This document shows, one piece after another, positions 36,438 to 47,000 of a stretch of 64,000 nt of DNA. Location: the IMG/VR virus record IMGVR_UViG_3300035180_001680; one strand, written 5' to 3'. The notes below the pieces were generated by a model. That model had not been told where the DNA came from. It ran no database searches and was given only the letters and a program-made list of their open reading frames with translations. The translations under genes were made by a program, and so were the position numbers. This DNA comes from a virus (Duplodnaviria > Caudoviricetes). Position 1 is the stretch's first letter; every line of letters starts with the position of its first letter.

Positions 36438-38204
36438 ATGGGAAAATTTGTAGATTATTTCAAGTTTGTATCTCCAAACCAAGAAACATCTGTAGTTCAG
36501 GACAGCCAGGGGGTGGATGGACAATATGCTACATACGGAAATTATACATGGTATCAAAGACTCGTTCAAGGTTCAGCCACACGGTTAACACGATATCGTG
36601 AATATGATATTATGGACAACGATATTGAAATTACTCGAGCGTTGGATACCATTGCCGAAGAAATGACAACAAAAAATGCGGCAACTAATTTACCGTTAGA
36701 TGTTGAAATTGAAACAGAAGAAGGTTTATTAGTTGATGATACTTTAGTTATGACGATAAGAGCTGCTTTACGTCATTGGTCTGGAATTCATAATTGGAAA
36801 ACAAGATTGTTTAAAATTTCTCGTAATACAATCAAATATGGTGATTGTTTTTTCCGAAAACGTTCTCCTCATACTCCATGGGAATGGATACCAGCAGCAA
36901 ATGTGATAGCGGCTTATGTTGACGCAGACGATGTAACTAAAGTTAAGGGTTTTGTAATCAGAACAGATACAAAACGACCGAGAACTGCAGGTGGTGCGCC
37001 TGGAGATGGAACTCCCGGAATGAACACTGTTTCCGTTGGTGAGCCGTATGAAACAGAATATGTGATGATGCAAGATCTTGTTAGATTTTCTTTGAATGAC
37101 GATATGTCTGAATCTGCTCCTTTTGGTGATTCTGTTCTTCGTAGTGTGTATCGTTCACACAAACAAAAAGAGTTACTTGAAGATGCAATTATAATTTACC
37201 GAATCGTTAGAGCCCCGGAACGTCGTGTGTTTTATATGGATGTCGGGAAAATGCCACCCCACCGCGTTAAACAGTATCTTGAAACAGTAAAGAATGAAAT
37301 TAGACAAAAGAAAATCCCATCTCAAATGGGTGGAAAAGAATCTATTGATTCAGTATATAACCCTCAATCTATGACAGAGGATTTCTTTTTTGCTTCCCAT
37401 CCAGATGGTCGTGGGTCAAAAGTAGAAACACTTCCAGGTGGACAAGGTTTGGGAGAATTAACAGATTTGGATTATTTTGTTGATAAAGTATTACGTGGAT
37501 TGCGTGTTCCAAAATCTTGGATGAAACCAGGGGCAGAGGGTGGTATATTTAATGATGGTAAAGTTGGGGCAGCTTACATAGAGGAACTGCAATTTGCTCG
37601 TTTTGTGGAACGACTTCAATCTCCTATTGAAAATGTTATTGACAAAGAATTTAAATTATATCTCCGTAATTGTAACATCAATATTGATGAATCTACATAC
37701 AGAATTAGAATTCCAGCACCAAATAATTATGAACAACACAGAAGAGCTGACTTAGATTCTAATCTAATCAATAATATGGCATCAGCTGAAAGTATTCCTT
37801 ACTTATCCAAACGATTTGCTCTTTCACGTTATTTGCAATTGACAGATGACGAGATAGTTCAGAATGAAATGTTATTAAGACAAGAGAAGAAAGTTAAACA
37901 ATCACCAGATGGTTCTGACATTGCACTTCTTTATGGTAGCGAAGAGATTGGTCTTGACGGTGGAATGGGAGGCGGCTTCGGTGGTGGAATGGGAGGCGGC
38001 TTCGGAGGCGGAATGGGTGGTGATTTCGGTGGTGGAGTGGGTGGTGATTTCGGTGGTGGAATGGGTGGTGAAGAACAACTTCCTCCAGGAAAGGGTGGAT
38101 TAGATTTGGGGGGTGGAATTCCACCAGTCGGAGGACAACAACCTCCTAACCAAGGAGTTGGAACCCAACCACCACCAGGTGGAACTAAACAGCCGGCCAT
38201 TTAA
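36438..38204 (+). CDS. gp20: Portal protein (gp20-like)
   Basis: LEDAIIIYRIVRAPERRVFYMDVGKMP, EDFFF...GRGSKVETLPGGQ, LRVPKS motifs; AATAAATA at 36405-36412 upstream. Confidence 0.95.
   Translation: MGKFVDYFKFVSPNQETSVVQDSQGVDGQYATYGNYTWYQRLVQGSATRLTRYREYDIMDNDIEITRALDTIAEEMTTKNAATNLPLDVEIETEEGLLVDDTLVMTIRAALRHWSGIHNWKTRLFKISRNTIKYGDCFFRKRSPHTPWEWIPAANVIAAYVDADDVTKVKGFVIRTDTKRPRTAGGAPGDGTPGMNTVSVGEPYETEYVMMQDLVRFSLNDDMSESAPFGDSVLRSVYRSHKQKELLEDAIIIYRIVRAPERRVFYMDVGKMPPHRVKQYLETVKNEIRQKKIPSQMGGKESIDSVYNPQSMTEDFFFASHPDGRGSKVETLPGGQGLGELTDLDYFVDKVLRGLRVPKSWMKPGAEGGIFNDGKVGAAYIEELQFARFVERLQSPIENVIDKEFKLYLRNCNINIDESTYRIRIPAPNNYEQHRRADLDSNLINNMASAESIPYLSKRFALSRYLQLTDDEIVQNEMLLRQEKKVKQSPDGSDIALLYGSEEIGLDGGMGGGFGGGMGGGFGGGMGGDFGGGVGGDFGGGMGGEEQLPPGKGGLDLGGGIPPVGGQQPPNQGVGTQPPPGGTKQPAI
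37959..38069 (+). repeat. 24-nt (GGMGGGFG) repeat, about 4.6 copies, in the portal C-terminal tail
   Basis: GGMGGGFG GGMGGGFG GGMGGDFG GGVGGDFG GGMGG. Confidence 0.9.
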
Positions 38205-38233
38205 TTTCCAAAGTTATTTCAATAATAATCAAT

Positions 38234-38267
38234 AAAAACAAGGGGTTACTACTTACCCTTTGTTTTT
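38234..38267 (+). terminator. Putative terminator after portal
   Basis: AAAAACAAGGGGT / ACCCTTTGTTTTT stem-loop. Confidence 0.55.
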
Positions 38268-38355
38268 AATACGTTTTTCTGTAAATATCAGTGTAAAGCT
38301 GGGTGTTGTATTATTATCAGCTTTCCAAAAACCAATAACAACAAGGAGGAATACT

Positions 38356-38667
38356 ATGTTTAAAGAACAATTAAAGACTCTCGTCAACGCTCTTATTAAC
38401 GAAGATGAGGATACAGCTCGTGAAGTTTTTCGTAGCTATGTAGTCGAAAGAAGCAAAACCATCATTGAAGTCGGTGATGAAGATGATGAAGATGATGAAG
38501 ATGAGGGTGATTTAGAAGACAAAGAAGACTCCGATGAGGATGAAGAAAAGAAAGAAAAGAAGGACAACGACGACAAAAAGAAATATGACAAAAAAGTCGA
38601 CAAAGACATCGAAAGGTTAGCCAAGGACCAGAAAAAGGATGACGAAGAAGGTGAGGATGACGATTAA
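38356..38667 (+). CDS. Acidic prohead core protein (gp67-like)
   Basis: Start moved to ATG 38356 (AGGAGG SD); D/E/K-rich; lies between portal and protease as in T4. Confidence 0.65.
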   Translation: MFKEQLKTLVNALINEDEDTAREVFRSYVVERSKTIIEVGDEDDEDDEDEGDLEDKEDSDEDEEKKEKKDNDDKKKYDKKVDKDIERLAKDQKKDDEEGEDDD

Positions 38668-38685
38668 TCGTAAAGGAGAATTAAA

Positions 38686-39321
38686 ATGAGCACACAACTC
38701 TTAATAGAGGAACTCTCTCCTGCACAAAGTGGAATTATCCAGGAATCGTCTTCTGATGGGAAAAATGTTTGGTTGTCTGGTATCTTTATGCAGGCTGATA
38801 TCAAAAACCGGAATAATCGGATTTACCCATTAGATGAAATTTCTCGTGCTGTAACTGAAGCATCTTTAAAAATTCAAGAGATGAATGGTATTTTTGGAGA
38901 ACTTGATCATCCACAAACTCTGTCTATTAATTTGGATCGCATTTCACATGCTATTACGGATTTGAGAATGGAAGGTTCTAATGCATATGGTCGCGCAAAA
39001 CTTCTTCCTACTCCAATGGGAAACATCGCAAAAACTTTGGTTGAAAGTGGTGTTCGTTTGGGAGTTAGTTCAAGAGGTGCCGGCGAAGTTGGGGATAGTG
39101 GAACAGTCAAATTGTTTTCATTTGTTACTGTTGATATTGTTGCTACTCCATCTGCACCAGGAGCAATGCCTACATCAATATATGAGTCTTTGGAAATGAT
39201 GAAGAGTGGTCGGAACGTCTTAACTTTAGCAGAACAAGTACAACACGATCCAGCTGCACAAAAGTACTTAAAACAGGAAATTATGAAGTTTCTAGGTGAA
39301 AATTTATTCGCCAAGAGGTAA
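38686..39321 (+). CDS. gp21: Prohead protease (gp21-like)
   Basis: LSGIFMQADIKNRNNRIYP, GELDHP, GVSSRGAG, DIVATPSAPGA. Confidence 0.93.
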   Translation: MSTQLLIEELSPAQSGIIQESSSDGKNVWLSGIFMQADIKNRNNRIYPLDEISRAVTEASLKIQEMNGIFGELDHPQTLSINLDRISHAITDLRMEGSNAYGRAKLLPTPMGNIAKTLVESGVRLGVSSRGAGEVGDSGTVKLFSFVTVDIVATPSAPGAMPTSIYESLEMMKSGRNVLTLAEQVQHDPAAQKYLKQEIMKFLGENLFAKR

Positions 39322-39423
39322 CAATTTTCAAATATTTTGGAAAAAAATTGGATTGTAACTCATTGTTTTTTCAGGGAAAAATAAACTACGTAACTACGTA
39401 GAATCCCTTTAAACACAGTAGGT

Positions 39424-39431
39424 TATAAATA
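39424..39431 (+). promoter_or_regulatory. Late promoter TATAAATA
   Basis: Exact motif upstream of the scaffold and capsid genes. Confidence 0.75.
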
Positions 39432-39461
39432 TATACAACAAAGAAAACAAGGAGATACAAA

Positions 39462-40394
39462 ATGAATGAACTTCTTAAAAAGCTACTTGAAGCTGACATT
39501 CTTTCTGAAGATACCAGAAAGGAACTTGAAGAAGCAATGAGCGTACAGATTCAAGAAGCTGTAGAAGCGGCAAAATTGGAAGCAACAAACCAAGTACGTG
39601 TTGAGCTTACAGAACAGTGGATTACAGAACGTGATGCTTTAATTGAAGCAATTGATGATAAGGTTGAGGAATTTTTAAAAGAAGAATTCAAGGAACTTTA
39701 TGAGGACGTGTCGGCTTACCGTGATCTTGAAGCTGATTATGCTGAACATTTGGTTGAAGCAAAAACAGAAATGGCTGAAGAATTACAAAATGATTTGGCT
39801 GAATTAGTTGAAAAGTTAGATTCCTTCTTGGAAATTCGTTTAAATGCAGAATTTGAAGAATTAAAAGAGGAAATTAATGAAAGTAAAAAACTTCAGTTTG
39901 GTCGTAAGGTCTTTGAATCATTTGTAACTGAATATCGTAAAAACTTCGTTAATGAAGATTCTACTGAAGCTGAACTTCGTGAAGTTCGTGAACAGTATGA
40001 AGAAAAAGCACAACAAGTTAAAACTCTTGAAGAAAGTATCAATTTGGTAGAACGTAAACTTAAGATGGACAAAATTCTTGCTCCGTTGAATGGTAAAACT
40101 CGTGAAATCATGGAAACTATTTTGAAGAGTGTTCCAACTGAAGGGTTGGAAGAAGCATACAAGACCTTTATTGGTCGAGTGTTAAAGGAGTCTGGGGACA
40201 ATAGATCAGAGAAGGAAAAGTCAGTACTTGCTGAAAGTAAGTCCAAAAACGCTGAAAAGCCTAAATTGAGTGATGCCTTTTTAAGAACAGGTGATCCAAT
40301 TTACGAAAGCACCAAAGAAGAAGACGGAATGGATGTTTCTGAAAAATCCCGTAAGGTAACAGAATCATTTAAACGTTTAGCTGGTTTGGAATAA
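39462..40394 (+). CDS. gp22: Prohead scaffold (gp22-like)
   Basis: Glu-rich coiled coil between protease and major capsid genes. Confidence 0.8.
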   Translation: MNELLKKLLEADILSEDTRKELEEAMSVQIQEAVEAAKLEATNQVRVELTEQWITERDALIEAIDDKVEEFLKEEFKELYEDVSAYRDLEADYAEHLVEAKTEMAEELQNDLAELVEKLDSFLEIRLNAEFEELKEEINESKKLQFGRKVFESFVTEYRKNFVNEDSTEAELREVREQYEEKAQQVKTLEESINLVERKLKMDKILAPLNGKTREIMETILKSVPTEGLEEAYKTFIGRVLKESGDNRSEKEKSVLAESKSKNAEKPKLSDAFLRTGDPIYESTKEEDGMDVSEKSRKVTESFKRLAGLE

Positions 40395-40425
40395 TTTACA
40401 ACAACTTACTTACAGGGAGTTTAAA

Positions 40426-41775
40426 ATGAATGAACTTTTAGAAAACTGGGGCGAAATTAAGGAAGCCCTTTTAGAAGGTCTTGATGGTTCAAAGAAAGAG
40501 ATCACAGGAACTCTTCTTGAAAATCAGAAGACACAGGTTTTAACAGAAACCGCAGCAGCAGGATCTACAGATGCAGCATCTATTGCTGGTTTCCGTAAGA
40601 TCATCATCCCAATGATCCGTCGTATTATTCCTAGCACTATTGCTACGGAAATTGTTGGTGTTCAACCTATGCAAGGTCCAGTTGGTCTTGTGTATTCTTT
40701 ACGTTACAAATATGCTGATAGTATCACTACAAGTGTTACTCCAGAAGGTGATATTCCAAATGCTGGTGACCCAACAGACTTTGAAGCTTTTGGTAACTTG
40801 AATGCAATGCGTCGTTTCTATTCTGGCACAACAGGTGCTTCCCAAGTTGCAGGTGCTGATGGTATGGGTGCTCCAGCTCCAGGATCAATTACTGGTGTTG
40901 CACAAGGAAAATCTTGGGGTGCTAATGCAGGTTTCTCATCTTTGGATGGTTGTACTGTTGGTGGTTCGGGTGGTACTATTGAAGCTTCTGGTGGTCGTCG
41001 TATGACTGTGCAAGTTATGTCACAAGCTGTTGAAGCTGGTTCACGTAAGTTGCAAGCAGGTTGGACAATTGAAGCTATGCAAGATTTACAAGCACAGCAC
41101 GGTCTTGATCTTGAAAACGAAATGACAAAGGCTCTTTCAGCAGAAATCGTTCAAGAAATCGACAACGAAATTATTACTGACCTTTTAGGTCTTGCTGGAA
41201 CAGTTGCAACATTTGATGGTTCATTACCAGCAGCTCCAGGTTACTATCGTCCAACATTCGTTGGTGATCGTTTGGCTAACCTTGGTGTTATGATCAACTA
41301 CGTCGCTAACGAGATTGCTCGTAAGACTCGTCGTGGACAGGGTAACTTCATCGTTGTATCACCAATGATTGTTTCAGTTCTTCAATCAGCTGCAAAGAGC
41401 GTTTTTGCTCCTGCTGTTCAGGGTTCTTTCAAGGGTCCTAACAACACAATGCTTGCCGGAACTTTGAATTCAACTATCAAGGTTTACACATATTTGTGGA
41501 ACCAAGTTGATTCAACAGATTTTGGTGGAACTGGTAACGACAGTATTCTTGTTGGTTACAAGGGTGGAAATGGTGAAACTGATTCTGGTTACTTCTACTG
41601 CCCATACATCCCATTAATGTCTTCTGGTGTTGTTATTAACCCAGTTACTTTCCAACCAGTCGTTTCATTAATGACTCGTTATGGTAAGACCACATTTACC
41701 AACAAAGCAACATCTCTTGGAAATAGTGCGGATTATTATGGTAAAATTAATGTCACAGGAATGTCCTTGGCTTAA
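40426..41775 (+). CDS. gp23: Major capsid protein (gp23-like)
   Basis: VGVQPMQGPVGLVYSLRY, SRKLQAGWTIEAMQDL, AEIVQEIDNEII, YCPYIPL, LMTRYG. Confidence 0.96.
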   Translation: MNELLENWGEIKEALLEGLDGSKKEITGTLLENQKTQVLTETAAAGSTDAASIAGFRKIIIPMIRRIIPSTIATEIVGVQPMQGPVGLVYSLRYKYADSITTSVTPEGDIPNAGDPTDFEAFGNLNAMRRFYSGTTGASQVAGADGMGAPAPGSITGVAQGKSWGANAGFSSLDGCTVGGSGGTIEASGGRRMTVQVMSQAVEAGSRKLQAGWTIEAMQDLQAQHGLDLENEMTKALSAEIVQEIDNEIITDLLGLAGTVATFDGSLPAAPGYYRPTFVGDRLANLGVMINYVANEIARKTRRGQGNFIVVSPMIVSVLQSAAKSVFAPAVQGSFKGPNNTMLAGTLNSTIKVYTYLWNQVDSTDFGGTGNDSILVGYKGGNGETDSGYFYCPYIPLMSSGVVINPVTFQPVVSLMTRYGKTTFTNKATSLGNSADYYGKINVTGMSLA

Positions 41776-41794
41776 TTGTTTCCAAATAGTACAG

Positions 41795-41822
41795 AAAAAC
41801 CGGCGTTATGCGCCGGTTTTTT
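41795..41822 (+). terminator. Rho-independent terminator after major capsid gene
   Basis: AAAAACCGGCG-TTATG-CGCCGGTTTTT plus T tract. Confidence 0.85.
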
Positions 41823-41931
41823 ATTTGCTGTAGGCAACTCACCTCATCATTATGGTGTTAAGTTATCTTCAAAAATCTGGCTTTTTTTTAATATTTAAAC
41901 CCCGTTACATTCAACACTGTTTCCTCAAATG

Positions 41932-41939
41932 TATAAATA
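41932..41939 (+). promoter_or_regulatory. Late promoter TATAAATA
   Basis: Exact motif upstream of ATG 41971. Confidence 0.65.
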
Positions 41940-41970
41940 TATTATAATATCCCTCAAAGAGGAGGTTAGT

Positions 41971-43593
41971 ATGAATGACTATGCAAAATCATTAGAACAG
42001 AACAATAAAATCAAACTACTCGAACCGCTGAAGAATGTAAAACAACACCACAAAATGCAGTGTTTGGTGTGCAAACATGAATGGTCTGCTACACCATTAT
42101 CAAAACAACAAACATTTAAAAAATATGGAGTGGGTGGTTGTCCTGTATGTAATAAACAACGTAAACATACAACATATGATATTTCGCGGCAAAAAACACT
42201 GGAAAGATTAAAAGTTAGAGGAATTGTAGTTCTAACAGATTGGTATGATGGACGACACACATCCGAAAAGATTAAAGTAACTAATACCAGATGTGGACAC
42301 ACATTTTGGATTTCTGCTAATAATTTGATACAAGCAGAAGTTGATTGTTCTGTTTGCGGCCCTCAAAAACGGATTGCGCCTCTTACAGCTTGGTCGAAAG
42401 AGAATTCACGAAAGTGGAAAGAGACAGCTTCTGAATGGCAGTTATATAAAGCAGAGGTCACTTCTCAAACAGAACAAACGTATAAAAAATACAAGAAATA
42501 CATAAACCCAGAAAACTTACCCAGAGGCAAAGCCGGTGTTGATGGAGCATATCATTTGGATCACATCGTTCCTAAACGATTTTGTTTCGAAAATGATGTA
42601 CCAGTTAGTGCATGTTCCGATAAATCAAATTTACAAATGATTGGGTGGCGAGAGAATGTAGGATCACGAAATCACATTAAAGGAACTATACCTCCTTTAT
42701 TTTTTCAATATATTCCATCATATGATAGAATAAAGCGTTATGTGGAAACTATACAAACGTTTTTACCAAACAGTCAATCTTTTGTATCTATAGCTGATAT
42801 AATTGTAACATTATACAATCAAACAACGAATAGGGCTATCATAATAGTTCCAATTGATCAAATACACGCTAATCAGAAAAATGGTTATAACGCATATAAA
42901 ACATTGATGGCATTGGGTATCAACACAACTATTATTTTTGAAGATGAATTATTCAACACTAAATTGATACAGGCAAAATTGCGTCATTATACAAACCAAA
43001 ATCAAAACCTCGAACGCATCCATTCTCGTGCGTGTATTATACGAGAATGTTCAAAAGAGGAGAAAAAAGTTTTATTAGACGCCAACCACTTACAAGGAAA
43101 TGATATTGCTCAATTTAATTATGGAGCTTATTTTAATGGTCAATTGGTGGCTGTTATGACTTTTTCACGTCCAAGAGTCGCGTTGGGGCAAAAAGGAAAA
43201 AAAGATAGAGAGGGTCAGTGGGAACTTAGTCGATTTTGCACTGATGTTAATTTTCGTATTCCTGGCATAGCTTCTCGTTTGTTAAAATATTTTCAACGTC
43301 ATCATCCCAATTGGGTGGAGATTTACAGTTACGCTGATAAGCGGTGGAGTAAGGGGAACATGTATTATCAACTTGGATTCGAATTGGTTATCGATAACCC
43401 TCCAGATTATTTTTATGTTATTGAAGGAGTACGAAAACACAGATGGAATTACCGAAAAGACATATTAAAGAATACATTACCGAACTACGATGTTAAACTA
43501 ACAGAATATCAAAACATGACAAACCATGGATATTATAGAGTTTGGGATTGTGGAACCCTAAAATTTTCCATGAAAAACAACACCCAATTTTAA
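41971..43593 (+). CDS. Homing-endonuclease-like multidomain protein (Zn ribbons, HNH-like, Hef/Mom-like C-terminus)
   Basis: CLVC/CPVC/CSVC; YHLDHIVPK...NLQMI; NHLQG...WELSRFC...SYADKRWSKGNMYYQLGF; start moved to 41971 (GAGGAGG SD). Confidence 0.65.
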   Translation: MNDYAKSLEQNNKIKLLEPLKNVKQHHKMQCLVCKHEWSATPLSKQQTFKKYGVGGCPVCNKQRKHTTYDISRQKTLERLKVRGIVVLTDWYDGRHTSEKIKVTNTRCGHTFWISANNLIQAEVDCSVCGPQKRIAPLTAWSKENSRKWKETASEWQLYKAEVTSQTEQTYKKYKKYINPENLPRGKAGVDGAYHLDHIVPKRFCFENDVPVSACSDKSNLQMIGWRENVGSRNHIKGTIPPLFFQYIPSYDRIKRYVETIQTFLPNSQSFVSIADIIVTLYNQTTNRAIIIVPIDQIHANQKNGYNAYKTLMALGINTTIIFEDELFNTKLIQAKLRHYTNQNQNLERIHSRACIIRECSKEEKKVLLDANHLQGNDIAQFNYGAYFNGQLVAVMTFSRPRVALGQKGKKDREGQWELSRFCTDVNFRIPGIASRLLKYFQRHHPNWVEIYSYADKRWSKGNMYYQLGFELVIDNPPDYFYVIEGVRKHRWNYRKDILKNTLPNYDVKLTEYQNMTNHGYYRVWDCGTLKFSMKNNTQF

Positions 43594-43609
43594 TTTACAA
43601 TCAAGTACC

Positions 43610-43617
43610 TATAAATA
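43610..43617 (+). promoter_or_regulatory. Late promoter TATAAATA
   Basis: Exact motif upstream of ATG 43651. Confidence 0.7.
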
Positions 43618-43650
43618 CTCTACAACAAAAACATCTTTTTATTGGTGATC

Positions 43651-43986
43651 ATGAAATTAACATTTAAAGAATATTTGGATTCAAAAAATAGGCTGTTAGA
43701 AGCAATACAAAAATCGCCTGTTCAACGATCTGTTTATGATATTTCTCGATATTGTAAACTTGCTGTGTATGGAGAAGATGACAGTAAGATTACGTTGTTG
43801 TTAAAACCAAAACAACAAGTGGTTGTGGAATGGAAATATGAAGATGTGAACGATCCAACACCTGTTCATATTCGGTTTGAAGATGAAAAAAATCCAACTT
43901 TAAATGAAACTGATTATTTTACGAACTGGAAAGGTTCTAAATTAAAGAGTTGGTTATCAAAAAATACTAATGAAGTAACACCGTGA
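43651..43986 (+). CDS. Small late hypothetical protein (MKLTFKEYL...)
   Basis: Start moved to 43651; own late promoter. Confidence 0.7.
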   Translation: MKLTFKEYLDSKNRLLEAIQKSPVQRSVYDISRYCKLAVYGEDDSKITLLLKPKQQVVVEWKYEDVNDPTPVHIRFEDEKNPTLNETDYFTNWKGSKLKSWLSKNTNEVTP

Positions 43987-44007
43987 AGTAAATCAATACC
44001 TACTTTG

Positions 44008-44015
44008 TATAAATA
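44008..44015 (+). promoter_or_regulatory. Late promoter TATAAATA
   Basis: Exact motif upstream of 44045. Confidence 0.7.
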
Positions 44016-44044
44016 AATGTTGAACTATACAAAAGAGGTTATTA

Positions 44045-47000
44045 ATGTCAACACTAGGTTTTTACACTGACGCTCCTGGAAAAATTTCCAGCGAAGGGCG
44101 TGAAATAACTCTAAAATTACAAAAAACAAGTCCATCAACGGCAAAGGTTAGTTGGACCCTTCCAAAAGGTGCACCAGGGTGTTCTGTTGATGATTTATCA
44201 TATAATGGAATTTTGGTTGTCGCAGACACAGTTCCTATAAAACAAGAACAAACTCCAACCAATCAAAAGTATTACACTGGAGATCCAACTGTGGATCGCA
44301 ATCTACATGCTGGAAGTAAAATAGGAACAGGGTTAGTAATTGGTGCTTTTTATGACGATAAAACAACCACTTCTTTAGATATTTCAGGTTTACAATTAAA
44401 CACACCATATTATATCACGGGTTTTGCTGTAGATAATGTTGGAACGTATGATTTAGAAGGAGCACATTCATATTCACAAGATTATCAGGAAACCCCTCAT
44501 GATCCTGATACGGCAGGATGTCAAACAATAAAACTTGGAGTTCTGTCATCAGATAGTACTGGACTCGTTTCAACAAACACTTATACTTTCAATGTTTCTG
44601 TAGATTACCCAGGCTTTGATAATATGGATTTGAATAGTGTGTATGATCAATTTGATGGTTTTAATGATGGATTTTTAAATACACTAAATCAGAGTACGTT
44701 ATTAAGTCAAAATTTTAAAGGTCCACTAATTTCAATTAGTGGAAGTCAGGCTCAGACATATCAACAATTAATAGATTTAATTAATTTTAATTTATCAACA
44801 TTGAATAACCCATTTCAGGGTCCTAACGCCCCTGGAACTGGAACAATTTATGTAAATCAACTAACGAACGAAGCATATATTTGGAATGGAACACACAACG
44901 TATTACAAAACACTCTAACGAGTATCAGTGATCCAACTTCACCGACTGTTAACGATTTTTGGTTAAATTCAACTACTCAAACAATGAGTAAATGGAATGG
45001 AACGTCCTGGGTTTTACAAAAATCGATTAATTTTGCTTCTGATCCTTCTGTTCCAGAGTGTGGAACATATTGGTTTAACGGAACGACATGTTTTCAGTGG
45101 GATGGAACTATTTGGAAACCACAAATAACAATAAACCAAATATCAGATCCTTCAAGTGCTCCAGTTCTTCCATGTGGGATGTTCTGGTTAAACTCAACAA
45201 CAAATCAAATGTTCCAATGGATAACTTCAAATGGTTCATGTAAAAATGGGGAATTAACAGAAGGAATCTGGACACAAGTTAATGTTTTGGATTGGAATGA
45301 AGATCCAAGAACTATTTTAGATGGAGTATATTGGTTTAATACTTCTGTGAATAAATTACAGGTAAGGAATGTTAATACTTGGAGTGTTCCATCTTACCAA
45401 GTTGTTGTTAGTGATGTTACTCCTCCTTCAAGTTATGTTATTTCAACGTTGTGGGTGAACACATCTACTGATACGTTATATGAGTGGGATGGAGTTAATT
45501 GGGTTATTTCATCAAATGAAATGATCGTATGGGCAACAGATCCTACTACCCCTTCTGCAGGAGAATTATTATGGAATGATAACTTATTTGTGTGGGACCA
45601 AGTAAGTCAACAATGGAAATTAGTTAACAATTTTGTGGAAAGTTCACTTGATCCTTCAGAAAAAGTCGTTATTGAAAAAAATGTTTGCTGGAATGATGGA
45701 ACAACCTTAAGATGTTGGGATGGAATGCAGTGGGTTGTAATTTCGGCAATATCATTTGCAAATGATCCCGCAACTATTAGTGACGGGATTTTGTGGAATA
45801 ATACACTAACAAATTCCTGGAGTATTCATCAAAGCGGAAGTTGGGTAATAATTCCTTATGCAGAATTTAACATACCTCCAACTTCTATATTACCTGGACA
45901 ATATTGGTACAATCCTCAACTTAATTCTTTGTATGTTTGGAATGGGATTGCTTGGATTTCACTTATATTTCAAACACAACCAGTTTCTTATTCTACTGGT
46001 TCGTTGTGGTATAATACAACTGAAAAATCTTTGTATAGTTGGAATGGTAGTTCGTGGGTAGTTGCGAGTGTTCCTCGTGTTTCCTTGAATGAATTAGGAA
46101 ATTTGGTATTTACAAGTGGAACGACTGGTTCCAAATCTACGATTATTGTAACAGATGGAGTATCACCAAATGGTTTATTTGCGAATTTGATTCCAAGAGG
46201 TGCGATTAACCCACCAACGAGAGGAACAGACGGACTTCTTCCAACACCTTCTTATCTTCAACAAGGCGTGGGAACAGATGGTACTTCCGAAGAACGTAGG
46301 GAAATGATTGAGACGATTTTAATTCAATTTGGATATCCCGTCGTTCAGGTTGAATTAACAAAAGAACATTTAAACTTCTGTGTCGATCAAGGTTTGCAAA
46401 CATTAAGGAGAATGGGCTCTTCAGGATATGAACGAGCATTTTTCTTTATGGATATGAAAGCTGGACAACAAACTTACAAATTAACAGATAAAACAGTTGG
46501 TTTCCATAAAATTGTTAACATCATGGGAATTTATAGAATGACTGCTGCTATTCTCGGTTCTGCTGAAGGACAGGGTGTATATGGTCAATTGGTGTTACAA
46601 CATTTGTATCAAATGGGAACGTTTGATTTAGTGAGTTATCACATTATTAATGAATATACAGAATTAATGGAGAAATTATTTGCTGCAAACATCATGTATA
46701 CGTGGAGAGAAAAACCAAGATTATTATCAATTCACCAAAATTTGTTTAGAGATGAACGAGTATTAATGGATGTAATGATAGAACGAACAGAACAAGATAT
46801 TATGGCAGATCGTTTTTTAAATAACTGGATTCAAACCTGGGCGACTGGTGAAGCTTGTTTGATATTGGCTGAAATTCGTGGCAAGTTCGGCAATTTACCA
46901 GGAGCAGGTGGTGGTGTTACATTAAATGCTGTTGATTTAAGAGCAAGAGCGGAAAAGGAATTTCAACAGTGTATTGATGAGCTTGATAACTACATCGCGA

